Positions 8,519-20,008 of a stretch of 64,000 nucleotides of DNA are shown in pieces. Location: the NCBI GenBank assembly GCA_963827475.1, contig CAWHAZ010000005.1, positions 864,001 through 928,000 on the forward strand, in the 5' to 3' direction. The notes below the pieces were generated by a model that was not told the DNA's origin, ran no database searches, and saw nothing but the letters and a program-made list of their open reading frames with translations. This stretch comes from an uncultured Chloroflexia bacterium (GTDB taxonomy: Bacteria > Chloroflexota > Limnocylindria > QHBO01). The position numbers were made by a program, and so were the translations under genes. Every line of letters starts with the position of its first letter. Positions within the stretch are counted from its first letter, which is position 1.

Positions 8519-11173
8519 ATGAACGGCCGCCTCGGGGAGCGCCTGCGCCACTACCCCGGTCTCGGCCGGGGCAGGACGCTTGGCGCACCGATGGCTCAGG
8601 CTGTCGTGGCTCGACTGACCCGGGTGCCGCTCGTATCGCGGGTCTGGGCCTTCGTGTTGCTGATCGACGTCGCCGCGGTGGCGGTGGCCGTCCTGGTGCT
8701 CCCCGGGCTGGAGCCCCTGGATCCGTCATGGCAGCTGCCCTGGTTCGTGCTCGCCGGCGGTTTCTGGGCCGCCGAGGCCCGCGTCATCCACTTCCATTTC
8801 CGCCGAGGGGCTCACACGTTCTCGTTGAATGAGCTCCCGCTCGTCATCGGCATGTTCCTCGCCGCTCCGCTGGACGTCGTCATCGCGCAGGTGGTGGGAT
8901 CCGCGGTGGCCCTGGCCTGGAACCGCCGGCAGCCCCCGGTCAAGCTGGCCTTCAACATCGGTTCGTTTGCGCTGTCGTCGAGCATTGGGCTCGCGGTCTT
9001 CCACATGGTCGGGTCCGGACCGATGACCGATCCATCTCGTTGGTTGGCGGCCTTCCTCGGCACGGGGATCGCGAACGTGGTGGGCGTCTTCGCGGTGGCT
9101 GCCGCGCTCACCGTGTCCGAGGGCAGCCTGGGGTTGGCAAAGCTGCGGCAGATGCTCGGCGTGTCATCGGTCGTCGCCGCCACGAACACGAGCGTGGCCC
9201 TGCTGGCGGTCATCATCGTCATCGCCGACCCGCGCGCGGCATGGCTCCTGGTCGTGCCCATCGCCACCCTCTTCTTCGGGTATCGAGCCTTCATCGGAGC
9301 GCGACAGCAGCACGAGTCCATGGAGCTCCTGTACGAGTCCACGCGCATCCTCCAGCGCACGCCCGAGCTCGACTCGGCGCTCGTCCAGCTGCTGGTCCAT
9401 AGCCGGACGATGTTCCGTGCGGAGCGCGCGGAGATCGTCATCTTCCCCGCCGAGCCGTCGGAGGCGTACCTGGTGACATCGGTGGCGGAGGACCGGACGA
9501 CGGTCATGGCGCCCGGCGACGCCGCCATCTGGAAACCACTCCACGCCTACCTGGCCGAGCACCCGAAAGCGTTCCTCCTGAACTCCACCTCCCTCGAGCT
9601 TGGCGAGGACCGCGAAGTCCGAGACGCGATGGTGGCGCCGTTGGGGACCGACGAGGGCATCGTTGGTGCGATGGTCGTGACCAACCGGCTCGGGGACGTG
9701 ACCACCTTCACCGCGGAAGATCTGCGCCTGTACGCGACGGTCGCCAGCCACGCCGGCACGGCCCTGGAGAATGGGCAGCTGGAGCGCTCGCTGACCAAGC
9801 TGTCCGTTCTGCAGGATGAGCTCAAGCACCAGGCATTTCACGACGGGCTGACCCAGCTGGCCAACCGCAGCCTGTTCCGCGAGAACGTCGATGCGCGGCT
9901 GGCCGCAATCACGCGCAGCCGGCGATCGGTAGTGATGTTCGTGGACCTCGACGATTTCAAGTTCGTGAACGACACGTACGGACACGAGGTGGGGGACGCC
10001 ATGCTGGTGGAGGTCGCGCGACGGCTCAACCTCTGCACCCGGACGGCCGATCTGACCGCTCGCCTGGGCGGCGACGAGTTCGCGATCCTGGTGGACGACC
10101 ATGCCGACCTGTCCAACGCCGAGCAGGTTGCGCAGCGCGTCACCGACTCGATCGGCCAGCCGTTCCTGATCGGGGACATCCAGACCCACGTCACCGCCAG
10201 CATCGGAATTGCCGCCGGACGGCAGGGAGGCTCGGCCGAGGACCTCCTCCGCCAGGCCGATATCGCGATGTACAGCGCCAAGGCAGCCGGAAAGGGCCGC
10301 TGGGCGGTGTACAAGGCGTCGATGCTGAAAGGCATCCAATCCCGGCATGACGCCGGCGAGGAGCTGCGCCGGGCCGTCGACCTCGGCGAGTTCGAGCTCC
10401 GCTACCAGCCGGTCGTCTCGCTCGAGTCGGGGGCGATCGTCGGCGCCGAGGCGCTGCTGCGCTGGAACCATCCCACCCGAGGCGAGGTCGAGCCGGACGA
10501 GTTCATCGGGGCCGCCGAAGACGGCGCGATCATCGTGCCCATCGGTCGCTGGGTGCTGGACGAGGCCTGTCGCCAGGCAGCGCGCTGGGGATCCGGCGAT
10601 GGATCGGGAGCGCCGTGGGTGGCCGTCAACCTCTCAGCGCGCCAGCTGCTTCACCCCACCCTCCTCGACGACGTCCGCGGCGCCATCGCCCGGTCCGGCC
10701 TGGCGCCGGCAAGCGTGGTGCTGGAGGTGACCGAGAGCGTGCTCCTGCACGACGCGGAGGCGGCGATCGCCGTCATCAGCGATCTGCGCAGGCTGGGGAT
10801 CCGGGTTGCCCTCGATGACTTCGGGACCGGATTCTCGTCGCTCAGCTACCTCCATCGGTTCCCGATCGACATCCTGAAGATCGGGCCCGGCTTCGTCGGG
10901 GTTGGGGATCGGAGCGACACCCGGTGGATCCTGACCGATGCGATCATCTCCCTCGGCAAGGCGCTTGGCCACCAGGTCGTGGCGGAGGGAGTCGAGCGCC
11001 GACATCAGGTCCAGCGCCTGAAAGCCGCCGGCTGTGAGCTGGCCCAGGGCTTCTTCTTCGCTCGGCCGCTGCACCCGGACACCCTCGCCACCCAGTTTGC
11101 GCATGACCTGGCCCAACGCCAGGGGTCGGACCGGATGGTGCAGTCGGAGGTCGGCGTAGACCAGGCCGCGTAG
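8519..11173 (+). CDS. Membrane-bound GAF-GGDEF-EAL diguanylate cyclase/phosphodiesterase (start may be 8591)
   Basis: Multi-TM N-terminus; GAF-like segment; HDGLTQLANR, DLDDFKFVND..GH..GD, RTAD I-site before RLGGDEF; YQP, EALLRW, EVTES, DDFGTGFSSL, VAEGVE, QGFFF. Confidence 0.96.
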   Translation: MNGRLGERLRHYPGLGRGRTLGAPMAQAVVARLTRVPLVSRVWAFVLLIDVAAVAVAVLVLPGLEPLDPSWQLPWFVLAGGFWAAEARVIHFHFRRGAHTFSLNELPLVIGMFLAAPLDVVIAQVVGSAVALAWNRRQPPVKLAFNIGSFALSSSIGLAVFHMVGSGPMTDPSRWLAAFLGTGIANVVGVFAVAAALTVSEGSLGLAKLRQMLGVSSVVAATNTSVALLAVIIVIADPRAAWLLVVPIATLFFGYRAFIGARQQHESMELLYESTRILQRTPELDSALVQLLVHSRTMFRAERAEIVIFPAEPSEAYLVTSVAEDRTTVMAPGDAAIWKPLHAYLAEHPKAFLLNSTSLELGEDREVRDAMVAPLGTDEGIVGAMVVTNRLGDVTTFTAEDLRLYATVASHAGTALENGQLERSLTKLSVLQDELKHQAFHDGLTQLANRSLFRENVDARLAAITRSRRSVVMFVDLDDFKFVNDTYGHEVGDAMLVEVARRLNLCTRTADLTARLGGDEFAILVDDHADLSNAEQVAQRVTDSIGQPFLIGDIQTHVTASIGIAAGRQGGSAEDLLRQADIAMYSAKAAGKGRWAVYKASMLKGIQSRHDAGEELRRAVDLGEFELRYQPVVSLESGAIVGAEALLRWNHPTRGEVEPDEFIGAAEDGAIIVPIGRWVLDEACRQAARWGSGDGSGAPWVAVNLSARQLLHPTLLDDVRGAIARSGLAPASVVLEVTESVLLHDAEAAIAVISDLRRLGIRVALDDFGTGFSSLSYLHRFPIDILKIGPGFVGVGDRSDTRWILTDAIISLGKALGHQVVAEGVERRHQVQRLKAAGCELAQGFFFARPLHPDTLATQFAHDLAQRQGSDRMVQSEVGVDQAA

Positions 11174-11217
11174 CGCGGCGCAGACGGGGCACAACCGGCC
11201 GGGTACCCTCTGCCCCG

Positions 11218-12210
11218 ATGCGCTTCGCCCTGATGACCGAGCCCCAGCAGGGGCTGTCCTACGACGAGATCCTCTCCGCCGCGCGGGCGGCCGAGACAGC
11301 AGGGTTCGAGGCGTTCTTCCGCTCCGACCACTACGCGAGCTTCCCCGGCCCGCCGGACAACCCGACGACTGACGCGTGGGCCACCCTCGCCGGCCTGGCC
11401 CGCGACACGGCGACCATCCACCTCGGGACGCTCGTGTCGCCGGTCACCTTCCGCCATCCGGGCAACCTGGCCAAGGTCGCGGCCACCGTCGACGAGATGA
11501 GCGGGGGCCGGGTCGAGGTCGGCCTGGGAGCCGGCTGGAACGACGTGGAGCACGCCGGGTATGGATTCCGTTACCCGGACCTCCCGGAGCGCTACGACAT
11601 GGTCGAGGAGACGCTCACCATCATCCACGGCCTGTGGACCGAGCCCGACGGTTGGTCGTTCACCGGGACGCACTGGCAGGTCCGCGACGCCCTGTTCCGC
11701 CCGCGGCCCACGGCATCGGGGAAGAAGCATCCGAACCTCCTCCTCGGCGGCGAGGGCGGCCCGCGCCAGGCCCGCCTGGTCGCCACCTGGGCCGACGAGT
11801 ACAACCGCACGTCGGCCTCGCCAACCAATGTCGGCGCGTCCTACGAGCGGGTGCGCGCCGCGTGCGAGGCGATCGGTCGCGATCCGGCCGAGGTCGAGCT
11901 GTCCGCCATGGTCGGTGTGCTGGTCGCGGAAACGGCGACGGAGCTGCAGGAGCGCGTCCGGGCCCAGCTGGCGGCATTCGGGTCAGACGCGCGTGGGGAT
12001 GGCGAAGCCTGGCTGGCCGAGCGGCGGGGGAGATGGATCCTGGGGACCCCGGACGAGGCACGGGAGCAGATCCGGGTCTTCGAGCAGGCGGGGGCGCAGC
12101 GGCTGATGCTCCAGGACTTCCTGCCCCGCGATCTCGACATGATTGGTCTGCTCGGGCAGATCGCCCGCAGCCTGAGCGCGGGAGGCGACCACCGGGACCA
12201 GTTGGAGTAG
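11218..12210 (+). CDS. LLM-class (luciferase-like), probably F420-dependent oxidoreductase
   Basis: TEPQQG, FFRSDHY, DAWATLAGLARDT, LVSPVTFRHPG.LAK, VDEMSGGRVEVGLGAGW. Confidence 0.92.
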   Translation: MRFALMTEPQQGLSYDEILSAARAAETAGFEAFFRSDHYASFPGPPDNPTTDAWATLAGLARDTATIHLGTLVSPVTFRHPGNLAKVAATVDEMSGGRVEVGLGAGWNDVEHAGYGFRYPDLPERYDMVEETLTIIHGLWTEPDGWSFTGTHWQVRDALFRPRPTASGKKHPNLLLGGEGGPRQARLVATWADEYNRTSASPTNVGASYERVRAACEAIGRDPAEVELSAMVGVLVAETATELQERVRAQLAAFGSDARGDGEAWLAERRGRWILGTPDEAREQIRVFEQAGAQRLMLQDFLPRDLDMIGLLGQIARSLSAGGDHRDQLE

Positions 12211-12324
12211 AGTACCCGCCACCGATCGTCGGACCGAACCCCGCCCATCGGCTTGACAGACCGTTAACGCGGGCCCTGGCAGGGCACGCCCGGACCTGAT
12301 CCTCGCTCCTAGAGGAAGGGAGCC

Positions 12325-13853
<1,529 letters not shown>

Positions 13854-13857
<4 letters not shown>

Positions 13858-14667
13858 CCGCCGCCGGCGCTGCCACCATGCGGTGCCTGGCGATCGGCGA
13901 CATCATCGGCAAGCCGGGCCGCCTGGCCATCGAGAACGCGCTGCCCGACCTGCGAACCGAGCTGGAGGTCGACTTCGTGATCGCCAACGGCGAGAACGTG
14001 GCCGCCGGGGCCGGCCTCACACCGAGCCTGGCCGAAGGGCTGTTCGAGACGGGAATCGACGTCATCACCAGCGGCAACCACATCTGGGACAAACGCGAGA
14101 TCTACGACTACCTCGACACCGATGCGCCGGTCCTCCGACCGGCGAACTACCCCGATGACGCCCCGGGCCGCGGCTGGCTCATCGCCAACCTGGCCGACGG
14201 CACGCCGGTGGCGGTCATCAACCTCATGGGTCGGGTCACCATGAACCAGCTCGACTCACCATTCGTGATGGCCGACACCCTGCTCGACGGGGTGGGGGAG
14301 CCGCTGCCGCTCCTGCGATTCGTGGACTTCCACTGCGAGCTCACCTCCGAGAAGAACGCCATGGGCTGGCACCTGGACGGTCGGGTGACCGCGGTGGTGG
14401 GCACCCACACCCACGTCCCGACCGCCGACGCCAAGGTCCTGCCCCAGGGGACGGCGTACCTCAGCGACGTCGGGCATGACCGGTCCGCGCGACTCGGTCA
14501 TCGGCTTCCGGCTGGACACCGTCCTGCCCCGCTTCCTTCGCCACCTGCCGACCCGGTTCGAGGTGGCCGAGGGCCCCGTCAACCTGAACGCCGCGCTGAT
14601 CGAGGCCGACCGGGCGACTGGCCTGGCGACGAGCATCCAGCTCATCCAACGCCTGGTCGAGGTCTGA
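13854..14667 (+). CDS. ymdB: YmdB-like metallophosphoesterase; frameshift near 14475
   Basis: IGDIIGKPGR, ANGEN, TSGNH, RPANYP, VDFHCE.TSEK, GTHTHV; C-terminus MTGPRDSVIG in next frame; ATGA overlap with rny. Confidence 0.93.
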
Positions 14668-15651
14668 CCGATCTGACCGATCCGCTCATTCGCGCCTCAG
14701 GGCGGCGGACATCCCGACCCGCTCCACTCGGTGCCGTGGTCGGGCCGACAGCCACCGGAAAGACTGACCTCTCGCTGGTGCTCGCCGATCAGCTAGAGCG
14801 CGGAGATCCTCGTCGCCGACTCGCGGCAGGTGTACCGCGGCCTGGACATCGGAACCGCCAAGGTGGGCGCCGCGGATCGGAAGCGGGTGCCGCACCACCT
14901 CCTCGACCTGGTGGAACCGGGTGAGCCGTTCACGGTTGCCCAGTGGGCCGAGCGGGCGCGGACGCTCGTGCCCGAGATCGCGTCCCGCGGCCGCCTGCCG
15001 CTGGTCGTGGGCGGAACGGGCCTGTACGTCACCGCCCTGGTGGACGGCTTCGACTTCGCCAGCCAGCCGTGGAGCCCGGAGGTGCGGGAGCGCCTGGCGG
15101 ATGAGCTCGAAGCCGAGGGCCTCGCGGTGCTGGCTGAACGGCTCACGATGCTCGATCCGGCGAGCGCGGCCCGGACCGACCTCCGCAACCCCCGCCGCGT
15201 GCTCCGCGCTCTCGAGCGGGCGGACCTCATCGGTGCCGCGGCCGCCAACACCGTTGGCGCGAAGCCCTACCCCGGCCGGATCGGGCTCATCGGTCTCACC
15301 AGGCCGTTATCGGTCCTCGACCAACGGGTGGGGGAGCGGGCCGAGACCATGTTCCGCGAGGGGATCCTCGGCGAGACCCGCGTCCTCCTCGAGCGCAACC
15401 TCGACCCGGCCACGCCGGCCTTGACCGGCCACGGCTATGCGGAGGCTGCCCGTCATCTGGCGGGGGAGTGGAGCCTCGAGGAGGCGATAGCCGTCACCGC
15501 GCGCCGGGTCCGTCGCTATGTCCGCCGGCAGCTGAGCTGGTTCCGACGCGATCGGCGCATCGTGTGGCTCGACGCCGGCGACAAACCGGCAGACGATCCG
15601 TCGCTCGTGCGGCAGGGGAGTGATCTCCTGCGCAGCCTGACCCTGGGCTAG
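14664..15651 (+). CDS. miaA: tRNA dimethylallyltransferase; frameshift near 14795; probable CTG start
   Basis: VVGPTATGKT in one frame, DSRQVYRGLDIGTAK, PHHLLD, VGGTGLY, RQLSWF in the next. Confidence 0.95.
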
Positions 15652-15663
15652 CATGGCCGCTTC

Positions 15664-16989
15664 ATGAGTCGTTCCACCGCCAAGACCGTGGAGGTTGCCC
15701 CGCCGGTCGAGCGCGCATTCCTCGTCGCGCTCGAGTCACCGGCTGCCGAGCGCTGGCCGGTCGATCGTCGCCTGGCGGAGCTCGCGGCCCTCACCGCGGC
15801 CGCCGGGGCGGAAGTGGTGGGGAGCGCCTCGCAGAAGCGGGCGCATCCTGACCCAACGTGGTACTTCGGGAAGGGACGCGCAGCCGATCTGGCCGACGAA
15901 AAGGCCCTGTCCGGGTTCAGCGTGCTCGTCGTCGACGACGAGTTGAGCCCGGCTCAGCAGCGGACGCTCGAGAAGCTGCTCGACGGCAAAGTCGTTGACC
16001 GCAGCGCCCTGATCCTCGACATCTTCGCGCGCCATGCCCGGACCCGCGAGGGCCGGCTCCAGGTCGAGCTGGCCCAGCTCGAGTACCACCTGCCGCGGCT
16101 GACCCGGATGTGGACCCACCTCTCGCGCACCGCCGGCGGGATCGGGGCCCGGGGCCCTGGCGAGAGCCAGCTCGAGACCGACCGCCGCCGCATCCGGGAA
16201 AAGATCCATCGGCTCCGCGGCGAGATCAGTCGGGTGAAGCGCCATCGCGCGACCGCCGGTCGTCGTCGGGATCGGTCCGAGGTGCCCGTTGTGGCGCTGG
16301 TGGGGTACACGAACGCCGGCAAGTCCACGCTCCTGAACGCCCTGACCGATGCCGACGCGTTCGTGGCCGACATGCCATTCGCGACCCTGGATCCGACCTC
16401 GCGGCGGATCACGCTCGAATCGCACCGCAAGGTCGTGCTGACCGATACGGTGGGCTTCATCAACAAGCTGCCCCACGACCTCGTCGACGCCTTCCGCGCC
16501 ACGCTGGAGGAGGTCCTGCGCGCCGATCTGCTGCTCGAGGTGGTCGACGCGTCCGACCCGGACTTCATCGCCCAGCAGGAGACGGTGGCGACCGTCCTCG
16601 AGGAGCTCGGAGCGGGCGGCAAGCCGCGCATCCTGGTCTTCAACAAGCTCGACCGCCTGAACGGGGCGGTGGCCACGGCCGGGCCGCCACCATCCGACGA
16701 CGACGTCGCCTACGTCAGCGCGCTGACCGGTGACGGGCTGGACGCGCTCCGGGATCGAATCGCAACCGCCCTCCGCGGCCGGCTGGTGCCGGTGGATGCG
16801 GTCGTGCCCTATCCGCGTGCCGAGCTGCTGGCCCGTGCCCGCTCGGCGGGGGAGGTCACCGAACGCTTCACCGATGACGGCGTCCGGATCATGGGCCGCC
16901 TGCCGGAGTCACTCGCCGGCGAGCTCCAGGCTGCCGCCGTGGGCCCGCCACCCCCGTCGCCCCGTCGGCGCGCGTCGCAGGCGGGCTAG
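15664..16989 (+). CDS. hflX: GTPase HflX
   Basis: LILDIFA, QVELAQLEY, GPGESQLETDRR, GYTNAGKST, FATLDPT, DTVGF, NKLD. Confidence 0.98.
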   Translation: MSRSTAKTVEVAPPVERAFLVALESPAAERWPVDRRLAELAALTAAAGAEVVGSASQKRAHPDPTWYFGKGRAADLADEKALSGFSVLVVDDELSPAQQRTLEKLLDGKVVDRSALILDIFARHARTREGRLQVELAQLEYHLPRLTRMWTHLSRTAGGIGARGPGESQLETDRRRIREKIHRLRGEISRVKRHRATAGRRRDRSEVPVVALVGYTNAGKSTLLNALTDADAFVADMPFATLDPTSRRITLESHRKVVLTDTVGFINKLPHDLVDAFRATLEEVLRADLLLEVVDASDPDFIAQQETVATVLEELGAGGKPRILVFNKLDRLNGAVATAGPPPSDDDVAYVSALTGDGLDALRDRIATALRGRLVPVDAVVPYPRAELLARARSAGEVTERFTDDGVRIMGRLPESLAGELQAAAVGPPPPSPRRRASQAG

Positions 16990-17021
16990 ACCCACCGCCC
17001 AGCGCGACCCTCGCGGCCCGC

Positions 17022-17328
17022 CTAGCGGCCGAGTGACGCGTCGCCTGCGTGGGACGGCGCCCGCCACGCCGACGCGCAGCGCGCTGCTCGCGCCGTACGA
17101 GGAGCTCGACGCCCGACGACGACCCAGCCGCCAGTCAGGACGAAGAGCAGGCCGTAGCGCGCCGGCGAGGAGCGCGCCGCCACCTGCCACGAATGCGCCG
17201 ATCGCCGGCCGAATGGACTCCAAGGCCACGGTACGCCAACCAGCCGGCAGCGCGCATGACCCTCGCGTCGTCTTCTGCATGACCGAGACGCTACGGCGGC
17301 GCTGGATCCAGGCGACATCCATGGCCAT
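17022..17328 (-). CDS. Possible small membrane protein, frame broken; boundaries uncertain
   Basis: Hydrophobic runs AIGAFVAGGGALLAGA and YGLLFVLTGGWVVV fall in adjacent minus frames. Confidence 0.3.
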
Positions 17329-17378
17329 TCAGGTCGTCGGCCCGATCCATTAGTCCCCGAACGGCTGCTCGCGCCATC

Positions 17379-17406
17379 ACTTCCGCAAATGGAGGTTATG
17401 TTGCGT
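17379..17406. other. Candidate dif site (XerC/XerD chromosome dimer resolution)
   Basis: ACTTCCGCAAA-TGGAGG-TTATGTTGCGT, 11-6-11 layout; left arm resembles B. subtilis ACTTCCTAGAA, right arm carries the conserved TTATGT; intergenic and located at the strand switch. Confidence 0.75.
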
Positions 17407-17500
17407 TAGGCTCGAAACCAAGCGGTGGCGGCTGAGTGCCCATGGCCATGACTCGCGCCCTGACTGGACTGATTCGCAGGATTGGCCCGGGGTTCGGCAG

Positions 17501-18091
17501 TCAGCGACGCGTCCACGGCGTGCCGGGCATGCCGACCAGCAGGACCCACGCGGCCATGAAGCGACATTCCTTCGTCTCGCAGGCGGAAATGTCCACGGGC
17601 TCGGGGGTGAGCTCCAGCTGGTCGCCGTCAACGCGGTACTGAAACTCCTGGCCGTTGATGACGATCGTGTCGTCATCAACTAGGGAGTACTCCCCGTCGT
17701 CCACCTGGTCCCCGTTGAAGTCTCGGGATCCGAAAGCTCCGTCTGCCGTGAAGAAATGGGAGTGCTCGCGATCGACCGCTCCGGCGCACGGCTGGCCTGG
17801 ATCCTGCAGTTCTGACGTGTCAGGTGGCACACCAGGAACCAGCTCGTTCCCATAGATCTGTTCCGCAACGAATTCGTCCAGGCCGGCATCAGTCAGAAGC
17901 GCATAGATCGTGTCGCAATCGTGGAGGGCCATCCACTCGCCGACGATTGGGTCGGCCGCGCTCGATGCCACGGCGGCGGGTGACTCGGACGAGAGCACAG
18001 AACTCGGCGGAGTCGACGCCGAGGGCGTCGCACCGCCGCATGCAGTGACAGCACTGAGGAGTACGGCAGCCATCATGGATCGGCGTTGCAT
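17501..18091 (-). CDS. Hypothetical lipoprotein
   Basis: Signal peptide with lipobox (LLSAVTA-C), Ser/Pro linker, acidic Cys-containing domain. Confidence 0.75.
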   Translation of the reverse strand: MQRRSMMAAVLLSAVTACGGATPSASTPPSSVLSSESPAAVASSAADPIVGEWMALHDCDTIYALLTDAGLDEFVAEQIYGNELVPGVPPDTSELQDPGQPCAGAVDREHSHFFTADGAFGSRDFNGDQVDDGEYSLVDDDTIVINGQEFQYRVDGDQLELTPEPVDISACETKECRFMAAWVLLVGMPGTPWTRR

Positions 18092-18157
18092 CGAACGCGC
18101 ACCTCAACTCGGGTGGGCCTCAGTTGCCGGGGCGTGGCCCCTGTTGGGCGCAGGACC

Positions 18158-18599
18158 TCAGAGCAAGGCTACTGGAAGTGCCCGATGGTCCATCGGCGGG
18201 GATGCGCAGCCTGAGTCAGTCGCCGTTCGGGATCTGGACGCCGAGGGTGATGGCCGCAGCGACCACGGCAGCACGGCGAGCGCAACGGATTCGACGCCCG
18301 TGAGGTCGGCGTCACCGCCGAGGGCCTGGAAGATCTCCCACGGGAGCGCGGCGAAGATCACCGGCGCAATGGTCCAGGCCAGCACGACGACGGTGGGAGC
18401 GACGGCGCCCGGGAGGCTCATGGCCCGGGTCGCCACGCCGGTCAGGAGTCCCAGGAAGGCCGCCAGGAGCAGGATGAGGATCACGGCCGGTTCCTCGTGC
18501 CGCGCCGGAGCCCTGGACGAGCTTCACGAGGCCCTGCTGAACCACGGCGACGACGCCAGTGAGGAGCAGGGTGAGCAGCACCGCTCGGGCGCCTCTCAA
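18158..18599 (-). CDS. Hypothetical membrane protein; frameshift near 18485
   Basis: Hydrophobic ORFs 18312-18599 and 18158-18484 join; start overlaps the murC stop. Confidence 0.55.
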
Positions 18600-20008
18600 G
18601 AGATGCCCTCCCCTGCCTGCTCCTCGAGGATTTCGGCGATCCGGGCCGCGATCTTGTGGCTGGAGCCGATCCCGAGCGTGACCACGGCCTCGCCCGGCCG
18701 TAGCTTGTGGCCGACGTAGTCGCCGGTCTCGAGCACGTCCCCCGTCGCGATGGCGGGCACGGCCGACACCTCCTCGATGGCATCGGCCAGCTCCTCCGCG
18801 CTCACGATCGTGGTGTCGGGGTCGCGGGCGGCGAAGACATCGGCCACCACCACCTCATCGGCCGCACCGAAGGCAGAGGCGTACTCGTCGAACATCGCTC
18901 GCGTTCGGGCGAACGTGTGCGGCTCGATGACGGCCCACAGCCGGCGGTTCCCGACCCGCTGCCGGGCGCCCTCGAGCGCGGCCCGCACCTCGGTCGGATG
19001 GTGCGCGTAGTCGTCGAACACGAGCACGCCGGCAGTATCCGCGATCAGCTCCAGCCTCCGGGACGCCCCGCTGAAGCCATCCAGAGCCTCGTGGAGGGTC
19101 TCAGGATCGATTCCCAGCTCTCGGGCCATGACCAGCGCCCCGACAGCGTTGAGCACGTTGTGCGCGCCGGCCAGGCGCGATCGGTAGCGCAGGCCGAACA
19201 GGTCGAAGCTGGTGCCGCCCTGGTCGAAGGTGACGTTGGCCGCCGCGATATCGGTGCCCGGCCCGTACTCAACCAGCCGGCCGTCCCAGCCCTCCAGCCG
19301 GGCCAGGACCGCCTCGGTGCCCGCATCCCCTGCCAGGGCCACCAGCAGCCGGCCGCCCACCAGCTCGTGGCTGCTCATCCCGAGCAGGAAGCGGACGAAC
19401 ATGTCGTACACGGCGTCGGTGTCGACGAACACGTCGGGGTGGTCCATCTCGATCGTGGTCAGGAGGACGGCCGATGGGTGGAGGTGGAGGAAGTTGCCGT
19501 CGTACTCGTCGGCCTCGGCGATGAACTCCAATCCCCCACCGGTCCGCGCCGATGCGCCCCAGGCCGGGATCAGCGCGCCGACTTCCACCGCCGGGTCGTG
19601 GCCGGCGGCGAGGAGGAGGTGGCCAAGGAGGGCGGTCGCGGTCGACTTGCCGTGGGTGCCGGCGACGGCCACCCCGAGCCGACCTCGCTCCCCCATCAGC
19701 TCGCCGAGGAGGGTCTGCCAGGGCACGACCGGGATCCCCCGCTCGCGTGCGGCGGCGAGCTCGGGCAGGTCCGGCTCGAGACGCAGGGCTGCGCTGACCG
19801 CGACCCGGTCCACGCCTTCCAGGTGGGCTGGGTCATGGCCTGTAACCACTGAGACACCGATACTGGTTAGTGGCTCGGTGTACGCCGACAGCCCGGCGGC
19901 ATCGCAGCCGTCCACCTGGGCCCCGGCATGGGCGGCGAGCAGAGCGGTCCCTGCGGCTCCGGCGCCGGCGATGCCGATGACGTGGATCCGCTCGCCGGGC
20001 GCCACCAT
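18596..20008 (-). CDS. murC: UDP-N-acetylmuramate--L-alanine ligase
   Basis: IHVIGIAGAG, AVAGTHGKSTAT, EADEYD, DHPD, GAHNVLNA, DDYAHHPTEV, EPHTFAR. Confidence 0.93.
   Translation of the reverse strand: MVAPGERIHVIGIAGAGAAGTALLAAHAGAQVDGCDAAGLSAYTEPLTSIGVSVVTGHDPAHLEGVDRVAVSAALRLEPDLPELAAARERGIPVVPWQTLLGELMGERGRLGVAVAGTHGKSTATALLGHLLLAAGHDPAVEVGALIPAWGASARTGGGLEFIAEADEYDGNFLHLHPSAVLLTTIEMDHPDVFVDTDAVYDMFVRFLLGMSSHELVGGRLLVALAGDAGTEAVLARLEGWDGRLVEYGPGTDIAAANVTFDQGGTSFDLFGLRYRSRLAGAHNVLNAVGALVMARELGIDPETLHEALDGFSGASRRLELIADTAGVLVFDDYAHHPTEVRAALEGARQRVGNRRLWAVIEPHTFARTRAMFDEYASAFGAADEVVVADVFAARDPDTTIVSAEELADAIEEVSAVPAIATGDVLETGDYVGHKLRPGEAVVTLGIGSSHKIAARIAEILEEQAGEGIS

Noticed and set aside
17405-17411. 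GTTAGGC as an integron attC core site
   Set aside because: No matching inverse core or cassette array seen and no integrase; better explained as the edge of the dif-like site.
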